A DNA stretch of 64,000 nt from a bacterium (GCA_965213625.1 CBDBZU010000004.1:1120001-1184000), one strand, 5' to 3'; counted from the stretch's first letter, positions 17,440 through 27,281 are shown. The notes: a model not told the origin generated them from the sequence alone. Program-made: numbers and translations.

Positions 17440-18465
17440 CTACGCGGCGACTTCTCCTTCCATCGCGTCCTCATACGCTCCCGTGCGCGCGGCGCCGTTG
17501 CACTTGCAGCGATGCAGGAAGAGTCTCTGGGCGAGGGGTACGTTCGCCGCCTCGCCACCCCAACCCTTGAGCGCGGGCGCCTGCAGGGCGCGGCCGTAGG
17601 AGAAGCTGAGCTCCCAGGGGTGGGGGCCCATTGCGTTCATCGCGTTTAAGTGCGCGGTGGCGACGGCGTCGCTCTGTCCGCCCGAGAGGAAGCAGATGCC
17701 AGGCACGGCGGCGGGCACGTTTCTCGTGAGAGAGCGAACCGTGGCCTCGGCCACTTCCTGCACGCCCGCCTGGGTCGGGCATTGCTTACCCGATATCACC
17801 ATGTTGGGTTTGAGGATCATGCCCTCAAGCGAGACGCGGTGTAAGTGCAGGGCGTGGAAGACGCTCTCGAGCGCCTCGTTCGTCACCTCTTCGCAGACCT
17901 CGATGGTATTGTCCGCGTCCATGAGCACCTCGGGCTCCACGATGGGCACGAGGCCCGCCTCCTGTGAGAGCGCCGCATAGCGCGCGAGGCCGTGCGCGTT
18001 GGCGTCGATACAATAGGCAGAGGGGATTCCCTCGCCGATGGTGATGACGGCGCGCCACTTTGTGAACGTGGCGCCGAGTGTGACGTATTCCGCCAGACGC
18101 TCGCGCAGGCCGTCGAGACCCTCGGTGACTTTCTCACCCGGGGCGAATGCCAGGTCCTTCGCGCCCATGTCGACCTTGATGCCCGGCAGGATGCCGCGCG
18201 AGGCGAGCAGCGCGCCGAAGTTCGTTCCGTCCGCAGCGCTCTGGCGCAGCGTCTCGTCAAAGAGAATGACGCCGCTGACGTAATCCTCGATTCCCTCCGT
18301 CGTGAAGAGAAGCTCGCGATATGCGCGCCGGTTATCCTCGGTGGATTCGACGCCGATGCTGTCGAGGCGCTTTTGAATCGTGCCCGTGCTCTCGTCCGCC
18401 GCGAGGATGCCTTTACCGGGCGCCACCATCTGATTGGCGATTTTCGCCAGGTCGTTCGTGCTCAT
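17440..18465 (-). CDS. Fructose-bisphosphate aldolase class I
   Basis: GKGILAADES, KWRAV, VPIVEPEV, LKPNMV, FSYGRALQ. Confidence 0.97.
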   Translation of the reverse strand: MSTNDLAKIANQMVAPGKGILAADESTGTIQKRLDSIGVESTEDNRRAYRELLFTTEGIEDYVSGVILFDETLRQSAADGTNFGALLASRGILPGIKVDMGAKDLAFAPGEKVTEGLDGLRERLAEYVTLGATFTKWRAVITIGEGIPSAYCIDANAHGLARYAALSQEAGLVPIVEPEVLMDADNTIEVCEEVTNEALESVFHALHLHRVSLEGMILKPNMVISGKQCPTQAGVQEVAEATVRSLTRNVPAAVPGICFLSGGQSDAVATAHLNAMNAMGPHPWELSFSYGRALQAPALKGWGGEAANVPLAQRLFLHRCKCNGAARTGAYEDAMEGEVAA

Positions 18466-18778
18466 GATTTTGCTCCTGCAAGGATTGCCGATGAGGTAAA
18501 AGTTCAAAGGAAATTCCCCGTCTCCGGGGTTTCCCGCTTTCGCCGCTTAAGGCTTCTGGACGCGTTGGCGGGATCCCGAAATCCGGCTTTGAGATAGCCC
18601 GCTCGCCGTTCGATCGTCTGGGCTGGAACACAACAACCCATCGCGCGTGGAGAATAACAAAACCATGCCGAAGAAGAAACCGCCGCGTGGGTGGAAAACA
18701 TATTCACATCGTGGTCGAATGGAGCCTCCCCGCCCGGGCGAAGAGGTTCTGGATGCTCCGTTTTCCGCGTGCTTGTCC

Positions 18779-19933
18779 ATGAGCGCGCAAACCACAGGCT
18801 CAATCCCTTTCTGGCGGATGCCCGCGTTCTATTTCCTGCATTTCTTCGCCGTGGGCGCCATGCTCCCGTTCCTGAATATCTTTTATCACTCCGTGGGCGT
18901 GAGCGGGTTTCAACTCGGCCTGCTGAACGCCGCGCCGCGTCTTTCGAGCGCGCTCGCCCCGCCTCTGTTCGGAGCACTTGCCGATAAATTCCGCCTGGGC
19001 CGTAGCGTGGCCTTCACATGCGCCATTGCGAGCTCTCTCCTGGCGCTTCTCCTGTGGGGGGCGAGCGGTTTTGTCGCCCTGCTCACATTGATCGCGCTCT
19101 TCTCCGCCTTGAGAGCGCCACTCGTGCCGATAGCCGAGAATCTCTGCCTGCGCGAAATTGAGGCCACGGGCGCGCAATACGGGCGGGTGCGCCTCTGGGG
19201 GTCGCTCGGCTTCATCGTCGCGGCCATGGGCGCAGGCCGTCTGGTCGAGACCACCGGGGTCGCCTCCATCTTTCCGTTTGTGGCGTGCGTGGGCGCCCTG
19301 CTCGTTTTCGTGATTTTTTTTCTACCGAGGGAGACGGGCCGCGCGCGCCCGCGCTTCCGGGCCGACCTGAGCCTGTTGCTCCGCAGCCGCCCGCTCGCCG
19401 TCTTCCTGCTCACGACGACGTTTGCCTCGATATCCGCAGGGCCTTTTGGGATTTATTTCAGCATCAGGCTGAAAGAATTGGGTATGTCGGCGGACCTGAT
19501 CGCACTGGCGTGGACGGTGGGCGTGGTGAGCGAGATTGTCTTTCTCATCTACGCGAAGGCCATACAGACGAGGTTCGGTCTCAAGTGGATGATTGTCGCC
19601 GGCATGATCGCCGCAGGCCTGAGGTGGGAGTTCGTCGCCCTCACGACGGATGCGGTTTTGCTCATCCTCATCCAGCTCTTACACGGCGTCGCCTTCGGCG
19701 TCTTTCACGCAGGCGCGATTCAGTACGTCGACCGCCTGAGCAGCGCTGCGACCAAGAACACCGCCCAGTCCCTCTACAGCGCAGCCACCTGGGGGGTCGG
19801 CTCCACGCTCGGCGCGCTGCTGGCGGGCTGGCTGCTTCCGATCTGGGGGTTCGTGACGCTGCTCCACGTCGGTGCAGGGGTGGCCTTGTGCGCGGGGCTC
19901 GCCTTCGCCGTCTTTGGCGAGAACGTGAAGTAA
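18779..19933 (+). CDS. MFS transporter (HcaT/MFS_1-like); start uncertain
   Basis: YGRVRLWGSLGF, QLLHG, multiple TM helices. Confidence 0.88.
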   Translation: MSAQTTGSIPFWRMPAFYFLHFFAVGAMLPFLNIFYHSVGVSGFQLGLLNAAPRLSSALAPPLFGALADKFRLGRSVAFTCAIASSLLALLLWGASGFVALLTLIALFSALRAPLVPIAENLCLREIEATGAQYGRVRLWGSLGFIVAAMGAGRLVETTGVASIFPFVACVGALLVFVIFFLPRETGRARPRFRADLSLLLRSRPLAVFLLTTTFASISAGPFGIYFSIRLKELGMSADLIALAWTVGVVSEIVFLIYAKAIQTRFGLKWMIVAGMIAAGLRWEFVALTTDAVLLILIQLLHGVAFGVFHAGAIQYVDRLSSAATKNTAQSLYSAATWGVGSTLGALLAGWLLPIWGFVTLLHVGAGVALCAGLAFAVFGENVK

Positions 19934-19964
19934 AGTCGCGCGCTCCCTTATCGAAGGCGCGAGG
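19889..19964 (+). repeat. Direct repeat copy 1 (MFS 3' end plus downstream 28-mer)
   Basis: Repeated at 23374-23420 and 23467-23494. Confidence 0.85.
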
Positions 19965-20090
19965 CGAATTCATACCACAGGGAGACACCGCATCGCCCCG
20001 AATTATGTGGACGAAACGCCGCGGTTGGGGTAACCTGTCAGTATTGCGAAACAAGGCTTTCAATTACTAACGACCCACGAGGATAATCTC

Positions 20091-21086
20091 ATGAAACAGA
20101 CCCGTTTCCTGGTGCGCCTCACCCTGGCGGCCTTCGCCGCTCTCGCGCTGGTTTTGAGCGCATCGACACCGGCTTGCGCAGCCGACAAGATCGTCGACAA
20201 AATCCACTTCCTCATCCCGGGCGGCGCGGGCGGCGGCTGGGACAGCACTGCTCGTGGAACCGGAGAGGCGTTGACGAAGTCCGGCATCGTCAGGACCGCG
20301 TCCTACGAGAACATGTCCGGCGGGGGCGGTGGCAAGGCTATCGGCTTCCTGATCGAGAACGCCGCGTCCAATCACGGCACCTTGATGGTCAACTCCACGC
20401 CCATCATCATACGCTCCCTGGTGGGTCGCTTCCCCCATAATTTTCGCGATCTGACAATGGTCGCAGGCACCATCGGCGACTACGCGGCCATCATCACGGG
20501 CAAGAACAGCCCCTACAAGAACTTCTCGGACGTGGTGGTGGCCTACAAGAAAAACCCGCGCAAGGTATCCGTCGGCGGCGGTTCGGTGCCCGGCGGATTG
20601 GACCATCTGGTTGCCGCCATGGCGTTCCAGGCGGCCGGGGCGAACCCGACCAGGGTCAAGTACATTCCCTATGACGCCGGGGGCAAGCTGAATGCGGCGA
20701 TCCTCTCCGGCGAGGTAGCCGCCGGCTCCACCGGGTTCTCCGAGGCCGTGGCGCTTGCGAAGGCCGGCGAGATGCGCATTCTGGCGGTGTCCTCGAACAA
20801 GCGCGTACCGGCGTACAAGGATGCTCCTACATTCAAGGAGCAGGGTTACGACGTCACCTTCGTGAACTGGCGCGGCTTCTTTGGCGCCCCGGGACTGCCG
20901 GCCGACAAGGCGGACCTGTACCGCAAGGCCCTCGCCGCGATGTATGCGACACCGGCGTGGAAAGCTGTGCGCGACCGTAACGGCTGGGTCGACATTCACA
21001 ATTCCGGCAAGGACTTCGTCGCGTTCCTGGAAAACCAGGAGAAGGTGATCAAGGCCCTGATGCAGAAGCTCGGCTTCCTGAGGTAG
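20091..21086 (+). CDS. tctC: Tripartite tricarboxylate transporter substrate-binding protein
   Basis: Signal peptide; PGGAGGGWD, NWRGFFG. Confidence 0.93.
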   Translation: MKQTRFLVRLTLAAFAALALVLSASTPACAADKIVDKIHFLIPGGAGGGWDSTARGTGEALTKSGIVRTASYENMSGGGGGKAIGFLIENAASNHGTLMVNSTPIIIRSLVGRFPHNFRDLTMVAGTIGDYAAIITGKNSPYKNFSDVVVAYKKNPRKVSVGGGSVPGGLDHLVAAMAFQAAGANPTRVKYIPYDAGGKLNAAILSGEVAAGSTGFSEAVALAKAGEMRILAVSSNKRVPAYKDAPTFKEQGYDVTFVNWRGFFGAPGLPADKADLYRKALAAMYATPAWKAVRDRNGWVDIHNSGKDFVAFLENQEKVIKALMQKLGFLR

Positions 21087-21167
21087 CGAACGACTAATGC
21101 GGGGCGTTCGCCGGCGGCGTCCCGTATTTTCATCTCATTCGTGTGCGTAGCGGGGAGGAATGGATTC

Positions 21168-21647
21168 ATGACTCTCGAACGCGCCATCGCCCTGATATTC
21201 GTCGTCGTTTGCGTGGCCTATGGCTACACGGCCTTCGTAGTCATGGAAGCTTCACTGTTGCCGTTCGAACGCAATATGACCTTCCTTCCCAACGTGCTGC
21301 CGAAATGGCTGAGCGTTCTCGGCGTGATTGTAGGGCTGGCTGTTCTGGTTCAATCGGGCGCCGGAGCCGAAAACGACGCTGATGACATCGATGTCGGCAA
21401 CCTCCGGCAGTACAAGCTCGGCCAGGCGGTCACGTTGCTGGTGCTCATGATCGCCTACGCGCTTCTGCTCCGGCCGGTCGGCTTCGTTACCACGACTACC
21501 CTGTTTCTGACCCTGGGCGCCGTCATTCTCGGCGAGCGACGCTTCGGGCTGCTGGTTCCGGTGTCCGTACTGGCGGCGTTCCTGATCTGGTACCTGGTGC
21601 AGGAAGTGCTCGGCATCTTCCTCCGCCCCTGGCCCTGGTTCCTGTAG
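21168..21647 (+). CDS. tctB: Tripartite tricarboxylate transporter TctB
   Basis: Small membrane protein with about 4 TM helices between tctC and tctA. Confidence 0.85.
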   Translation: MTLERAIALIFVVVCVAYGYTAFVVMEASLLPFERNMTFLPNVLPKWLSVLGVIVGLAVLVQSGAGAENDADDIDVGNLRQYKLGQAVTLLVLMIAYALLLRPVGFVTTTTLFLTLGAVILGERRFGLLVPVSVLAAFLIWYLVQEVLGIFLRPWPWFL

Positions 21648-21660
21648 GGGGGACGACCCG

Positions 21661-23181
21661 ATGATTGAAGGACTCCTCGCCGGCCTGTCGACCGCCTTCA
21701 GCATTCAAAACCTCCTCATGGTTATCGGCGGCTGCCTGATCGGCACCTTCATCGGCATGCTGCCGGGTCTGGGGCCCATGTCGATTATCGCCATCATGAT
21801 CCCCATCGCCATTCAGATCGGTGATCCGGCAGCGGCGCTGATTCTGCTGGCGGGCGTGTATTACGGCGCCATATTCGGCGGTTCCACTTCGTCTATTCTG
21901 ATCAACGCTCCCGGAGTCGCCGGCACCGTCGCCACCGCCTTCGACGGCTATCCCATGGCGCGCCAGGGGCAAGCGGGCAAGGCGTTGACCATCGCCGCCA
22001 TCTCATCGTTTTCAGGTGGTACGGTCGGCGCCATCCTGCTGATGGGGTTCGCACCCGGCTTGGCGTCCGTCGCGCTGCTGTTCCACTCCGCCGAGTATTT
22101 CGCGCTCATGGTCGTGGGCCTTGCCGCCATCGCCGCCTTTGCGGGCGCCGGCCAGGTCGCCAAGGCTTTGATGATGACCGTCCTCGGCGTGATGCTGGCG
22201 ACCGTCGGCGAAAGCGCGTTGTTCAACGCGCCGCGCTTCACCTTCGGCATTCAGGACCTGCAGAGCGGCATCAGCTTCATCACCCTCGCCATGGCCCTGT
22301 TCGCCCTGCCGGAGGCGTTGTACCTGGTGCTCAACCCGAAGCGATCGGAGCGGGGCGAAGACGGCGAAAGCACGATTGCAAACCTGCGCATCACGCGCGA
22401 GGAAGCAAAGGAGATTGCCCCCGTCATCGGCCGCCAATCGCTTCAGGGTTTCTTTATCGGGGTCATGCCGGGCGCCGGAGCAACCATCGCTTCGTTCCTA
22501 GGCTACGCGGTGGAGCGCAACATCGCCAAGGGAGAGGACCAGGCCAAGTTCGGAAAGGGATCGGTGAAGGGGCTGGCGGCGCCGGAAACCGCGAACAACG
22601 CGGCCTGCACGGGATCGTTCGTGCCGCTGCTCACGCTGGGGATTCCGGGGTCCGGCACCACCGCCATCCTGCTGGGCGCCCTGATCGCGCTTAACGTGGC
22701 CCCGGGACCGCGTCTGATGGTGGACAATCCCACCATCTTCTGGGCGGTGATCATTTCCATGTACATCGGCAACGTGGTGCTGCTGATCCTCAACCTGCCG
22801 CTGATCCCCTATATCGCCAAACTCCTGGAAATCCCCCGCAACTACCTGATTCCCTTCATCCTGTTCTTCACCATGATGGGCAGCTATATCGGCCAGAACA
22901 ACGCCACCGAACTGCTGCTGCTGACCGGCATGGGAATCGTTGCGACGGTCATGCGCATGACCGGCTACCCGCTGGCGCCGATGCTGATCGGGTTCATTCT
23001 CGGGCCGCTGCTGGAGGACAACTTCGCCCGCGCCATGAACCTAACCGACGGCATCAGCTTCATGTGGGAGCGGCCGATGACCGCGTCGCTGCTGGTCTTC
23101 GCCATCGTGTTGATCTTCCTGCCTTCCATCCGCGCGGGCCTTGGGCAAATCAAGGGCGATGAGGCCGCCCGGGGTGACTGA
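21661..23181 (+). CDS. tctA: Tripartite tricarboxylate transporter permease
   Basis: GMLPGLG, DGYPMA, APETANNA, LGIPGS. Confidence 0.95.
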   Translation: MIEGLLAGLSTAFSIQNLLMVIGGCLIGTFIGMLPGLGPMSIIAIMIPIAIQIGDPAAALILLAGVYYGAIFGGSTSSILINAPGVAGTVATAFDGYPMARQGQAGKALTIAAISSFSGGTVGAILLMGFAPGLASVALLFHSAEYFALMVVGLAAIAAFAGAGQVAKALMMTVLGVMLATVGESALFNAPRFTFGIQDLQSGISFITLAMALFALPEALYLVLNPKRSERGEDGESTIANLRITREEAKEIAPVIGRQSLQGFFIGVMPGAGATIASFLGYAVERNIAKGEDQAKFGKGSVKGLAAPETANNAACTGSFVPLLTLGIPGSGTTAILLGALIALNVAPGPRLMVDNPTIFWAVIISMYIGNVVLLILNLPLIPYIAKLLEIPRNYLIPFILFFTMMGSYIGQNNATELLLLTGMGIVATVMRMTGYPLAPMLIGFILGPLLEDNFARAMNLTDGISFMWERPMTASLLVFAIVLIFLPSIRAGLGQIKGDEAARGD

Positions 23182-23373
23182 CGGGCGCGGTTCCGCAAGA
23201 AAAGGTCGGTGAACTACGAAACAAGGTTACACACCCTGCGGGAGGAGCGCATCGGCGGACCGGCTTATTTCGACTTGCTCCGGAATCCATCCGCTTCTAC
23301 GTCCACCATAAACGTCGACAAGGCGCCTGTGGAACGCGCCGGGCAGGGCTTCGACGCCGCAGGCCTCGTGCTT

Positions 23374-23494
23374 TGCGCGGGACTTCCCTTCGCCGTCTTC
23401 GGCGAGAACGTGAAGTGAAGCCGCTCGCCTTCGCTGGACGACTCCTCTCATCGTGTGGGACTATGCCGCGCGCTCCCTTATCGAAGGCGCGAGG
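23374..23494 (+). repeat. Direct repeat copy 2 (diverged MFS 3'-end remnant)
   Basis: Encodes CAGLPFAVFGENVK*, versus CAGLAFAVFGENVK* of the MFS gene; 28 bp cgcgcgctcccttatcgaaggcgcgagg identical. Confidence 0.85.
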
Positions 23495-23521
23495 TGAAAC
23501 GAGGGAGGCAAGGGAGTAATA

Positions 23522-24001
23522 ATGGCGGAGAAGACCCTGTATCTGGCGAGTCCTTACGGTTTTTCCTTACAGCAGCGCGAGGGGCCCCTAAAGGAGCTTA
23601 CGGCGGCGCTCGAGGCGCTGGGCGCCGAAGTGTGGGAACCGTTCACGCGCAACAACCAGCCCGAGATGCTTGCGCAGCCCGGCTGGGCGTACCGCGTGGG
23701 TCAGAACGACATGCACGACGTGCGCGATGCGGCGGGTTTTTTCGGCGTGGTCAACGGCTGTCCGCCCGATGAGGGCGTGATGGTCGAACTCGGCATGGCG
23801 GTCGCCTGGGGAAAGCCCATCTTCTTGTTCCGCGACGACTTCAGGCGCTCTACCGATTGCGAAGCCTATCCGCTGAACCTCATGATCTTCACCGGCCTGC
23901 CCGAGGTCGGCTGGGAGGCCTACTTCTACACTTCGCTCGATGAGATCGCAGCCCCCGAAAAAGCCCTCGCCCGCTGGCTCAGGGACGAGCTCCTGCCTTG
24001 A
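23522..24001 (+). CDS. Nucleoside 2-deoxyribosyltransferase family protein
   Basis: LYLASPYGF, DEGVMVELGMA, YPLNLM. Confidence 0.88.
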   Translation: MAEKTLYLASPYGFSLQQREGPLKELTAALEALGAEVWEPFTRNNQPEMLAQPGWAYRVGQNDMHDVRDAAGFFGVVNGCPPDEGVMVELGMAVAWGKPIFLFRDDFRRSTDCEAYPLNLMIFTGLPEVGWEAYFYTSLDEIAAPEKALARWLRDELLP

Positions 24002-24062
24002 GGGGGGCGCTACCCGAATCGAAATAAACATTCAACTCATGAATTTCCGGTCGGGTTCTCAT

Positions 24063-24207
24063 GCTATCTGGCGCGTTATTTGACAGGTTATTTGGCAACG
24101 CATGTGATCTCGTAAATATCTGTTTTATATTAGTTATGAATATTTTTCGAAAACATCACGTCTAATTTCCCGTTATTTGACGCACTATTTGACACGCTAT
24201 TTCGCAG
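24063..24207 (+). repeat. Two triplets of 12-bp direct repeats (RYTATTTGRCRN) around an AT-rich spacer
   Basis: 24063-24098: gctatctggcgc gttatttgacag gttatttggcaa; 24172-24207: gttatttgacgc actatttgacac gctatttcgcag. Confidence 0.8.
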
Positions 24208-24249
24208 GAAATTCAAGACTGTCAGAAGGCTTACCAGAAGTAAAAAGTC

Positions 24250-24480
24250 TCACCCCTTCCGTATTACAACGCGCACGCGGCCCTCTTCATCCGGCGTCGC
24301 GCTCTCGATGGCGTGGCCCTCGGCGGCGGCGCTATTGGGGACGCTGGTGGCGGCCTCGCCCGCGTCGAGCCATACTTCGAGCGTATCGCCCGGCGCCATC
24401 GCCTCAAGCGCGAGCTTGGTCCGCACCCAGTTCATGGGGCAGGTCTCACCCGTGAGATCGATGGTTTTGGCGTGGCTCAT
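24250..24480 (-). CDS. TusA-family sulfurtransferase
   Basis: IDLTGETCPMN (CP motif), 76 aa. Confidence 0.88.
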   Translation of the reverse strand: MSHAKTIDLTGETCPMNWVRTKLALEAMAPGDTLEVWLDAGEAATSVPNSAAAEGHAIESATPDEEGRVRVVIRKG

Positions 24481-24506
24481 TTTCGGCTCCTCATGAGGTT
24501 CGTCCG

Positions 24507-25241
24507 ATGTCCGATATTGCCATTTTTTTGACCGGAACGGGAACCGGCGTGGGCAAGACGGTGGCGGGCTGCGTCATAGCGGCGCACTGGGCGGCCGAGG
24601 GCAAAAGCCCCAGGGTCATGAAGCCCGCCGAATCTGCCTGTGCGCTCGAAGGCGGCCACCTCGTTCCACGCGATGCTCTGGCCCTCAAGACGGCGGCGGG
24701 CGATCCACGGCCGCTTGAGGAGATTTGTCCCTACCGATTCGCAATTCCCCTCACTCCCGCTCATGCGGCTGAGCGCGAAGGCGAGGCGCCGGATCTGGAG
24801 CGCATCGTCGCGCAGATGGAAGCGCTCAAAGAAGAAGGAAACCCCCTGCTCGTCGAGGGCGCGGGTGGCCTTCTTGCCCCTTTGGCCGAAGGCGTCTTGA
24901 TGAGCGATTTGGCCCTGGCTGCGAGTCTGCCCCTTGTGCTCGTCGCTCCGCTGGGGCTCGGGACCATCAACCACACCCTTTTGAGCGTTCGGGAGGCGAA
25001 AAGGCAGGGTCTTCGGGTTCTGGGCGTCATCCTCTCCGACACGACGGGGGAGGCCACGCCTGCGGCGGCGCGCAACCCGGCGGCGGTCGACGAACTTTGC
25101 GGGGCGGACGCGCCGCTACTGGGCGTGATTCCCCATCTGGCGGGGGTGGATGAAATTATCGCGCGTGCAGTACCGGGAACCGATGTCGCAGGCACGCTCC
25201 TGCGCCTGGCGGAGGGTTTGAAGCTGGACGCGCTCGGGTAA
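24507..25241 (+). CDS. bioD: Dethiobiotin synthase
   Basis: TGTGTGVGKT, VEGAGG, LGTINHTLL. Confidence 0.93.
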   Translation: MSDIAIFLTGTGTGVGKTVAGCVIAAHWAAEGKSPRVMKPAESACALEGGHLVPRDALALKTAAGDPRPLEEICPYRFAIPLTPAHAAEREGEAPDLERIVAQMEALKEEGNPLLVEGAGGLLAPLAEGVLMSDLALAASLPLVLVAPLGLGTINHTLLSVREAKRQGLRVLGVILSDTTGEATPAAARNPAAVDELCGADAPLLGVIPHLAGVDEIIARAVPGTDVAGTLLRLAEGLKLDALG

Positions 25242-25253
25242 CGGGGCGAATCG

Positions 25254-26243
25254 CTACTTCGCGAGGACACGCTTGCGCAGGGATTCCACCTCCTCGGGCG
25301 TGCCCAGGGCGTAAAGGTGGTCTCCCGCCTGGATTTCGAAATCAGGCCCCGGGTTGAAGCGCATCTCCCCGCTGTTGTGGCGGATGGAGAGCAGGTACAC
25401 GCCGGTCTCCTGGCTGATCTTCGATTCCCGGAGCGCCATGCCGATGAGGTTCGAACCCTCGGGCACGGTCACCTCGTCGAAGTCCAGGTCCGTCGTCGCG
25501 TGGCCGGTCACCTCGTCGAGAAAACTGGCGAGTTTGGGTCTCAGAACGGACTGCGCCATGCGCATGCCGCCCATGATGTATGGGGAAACCACGTGGTCCG
25601 CGCCCGCCGCCTCCATCTTGCCGATGGAACTCTCGAGCGCCGCGCGGCTCAGGATGAAGAGGTCCGGGTTCAACGCCCGCGCCGTCAAGGTGACGAACAC
25701 GTTTTCCGCGTCCGTCGCGAGAGCGCAGACGAGGCTCTTCGCCTTCTCCACGTGCGCTTCGGCGAGTGTCTCGTCGAGCGTGGCGTCACCGAGGATCACG
25801 AGCTGCCCCTCCTGATCGAGATGCGAGATGATGGACTCGTCGCTCTCGATGATGACGTGGGGCAGCGACTCTCTGGCGTATTCCGCCGCGACGGTGGAGC
25901 CGATGCGCCCGTACCCGCAGATGATGTGATGGTTTTCGAGTCTGTCGAGTTCTTTCACCAGTTTTCGCCTCCCGAAAATCTGTCGTATCCGCTCTTCGAA
26001 CCTCACCTCGGCGATGATCGCGATTCCGTAGAAAAGGGTCCCCACGCCCAGTATCATGAGCGCCACGGTGAACATGCGCCCCGTCGTGCTCATCTCGCGC
26101 ACTTCGTTGAAGCCGACGGTCGTGACGGTGATCATCGTCATATAGAAAGACTCGACGAGCGACCATCCCTCCAGCAGGGTATAGCCTGCGGTGCCGAGGA
26201 TGATAACGCCGACCAGACATGCGGCGATGTAGCCTATACGCAA
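25254..26243 (-). CDS. Potassium channel protein with RCK (TrkA-N/C) domains
   Basis: TVTTVGF pore, ICGYGRIG. Confidence 0.9.
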   Translation of the reverse strand: MRIGYIAACLVGVIILGTAGYTLLEGWSLVESFYMTMITVTTVGFNEVREMSTTGRMFTVALMILGVGTLFYGIAIIAEVRFEERIRQIFGRRKLVKELDRLENHHIICGYGRIGSTVAAEYARESLPHVIIESDESIISHLDQEGQLVILGDATLDETLAEAHVEKAKSLVCALATDAENVFVTLTARALNPDLFILSRAALESSIGKMEAAGADHVVSPYIMGGMRMAQSVLRPKLASFLDEVTGHATTDLDFDEVTVPEGSNLIGMALRESKISQETGVYLLSIRHNSGEMRFNPGPDFEIQAGDHLYALGTPEEVESLRKRVLAK

Positions 26244-26354
26244 GGTTTTCCGCGCCTTCTATGAATAATCCGTTCTCGTTTCAACCTGTTCGGGCATGGA
26301 TTTTAACCGCAGAGGGGACGCGATGGCGAGGCGGGCCGGGCGAGTGGTTACTGC

Positions 26355-27281
26355 TTATCTTCTCTCGGCCAGTTCGAACAGCGCGCTCCCGAGTCTCTCC
26401 CTCGCTTCGGCGCGGATGGGTTCCGTCGCGTCGGTAAACTCTGCGCGCGCCTCCTCCGCCAGGTCCACGAAAGAGACGCCTTCTTCCTCTAGCTTCCGGC
26501 GAATCGCTATCTCCCCCGCCTGAGCGGCCTCTCTCTGGTGGTCGATGGCCTCGCCGATGCACGCTCGCACCGCCTCTTGGAACTCAGCCGGCCAGGCGTC
26601 GAAACTCTCCCGGTGGGCGAGCAGGGCGCGCGCGCCGTAGAAATGGCCACTCATCGTGATGCGCCTTTGGTGGTCCGTAACGCCGTAGGTCACGGTGTTC
26701 GAAAGCGGATTTTCCTGCGCGTTCACCTCGCCCGATTCGATCATGGCGATTCCTTCCTTGAGCTCCACGGGCACGGCTTCGGCGCCCAGGAGTTCGAAGG
26801 TCCTCACGTGCGTCTCGTTGGGTTGTAAGCGGACACGAAGACCACGGCAATCCTCGGGCGTTCTCACGTCGCGGACGCTGTTCGAGAGATGGCGAAATCC
26901 GTTGTCCCAAAAGCCCAGGTTCTTGTAGCCGGTCTGCGCCTCGATCCGCTCGGTGAGATGCGCGCCGAGCGCGCCGTCGAGCGCGCCGTAGGCGTGGGCG
27001 GAATCTTGGAACAAAAAGGGCAGGTCGACGATTTCCAGTTCGGGAACCCTGTCGGCGAGATAACTCGTCGAGAAATAGCACATGCCGAGCATTCCGCATT
27101 CCACCATGGCGAGCAGGTCGGGCGCGCCGTAGCCGAAATCCATCACGTTCCAGAAGATGTCCGTCTTGACGCCGTCGCCCAACCGCTCGGCCATCTTCTC
27201 CTTGAAGAGAACCATCGCGCGGCTGTGGGAAGTATCGGGCGGGGAATAGCCCCCGATGCGGATGTGGACCGGTTCGGACAT
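26355..27281 (-). CDS. TRAP transporter substrate-binding protein (DctP family), no signal peptide
   Basis: DLPFLF, WDNGFRH, AQENP. Confidence 0.88.
   Translation of the reverse strand: MSEPVHIRIGGYSPPDTSHSRAMVLFKEKMAERLGDGVKTDIFWNVMDFGYGAPDLLAMVECGMLGMCYFSTSYLADRVPELEIVDLPFLFQDSAHAYGALDGALGAHLTERIEAQTGYKNLGFWDNGFRHLSNSVRDVRTPEDCRGLRVRLQPNETHVRTFELLGAEAVPVELKEGIAMIESGEVNAQENPLSNTVTYGVTDHQRRITMSGHFYGARALLAHRESFDAWPAEFQEAVRACIGEAIDHQREAAQAGEIAIRRKLEEEGVSFVDLAEEARAEFTDATEPIRAEARERLGSALFELAERR

Noticed and set aside
23209-23418. 69-aa ORF after tctA
   Set aside because: Its C-terminus is the duplicated MFS end; treated as a remnant rather than a gene
24002-24249. oriC, dif or BirA operator
   Set aside because: No DnaA boxes, XerC/D consensus or bioO palindrome recognisable
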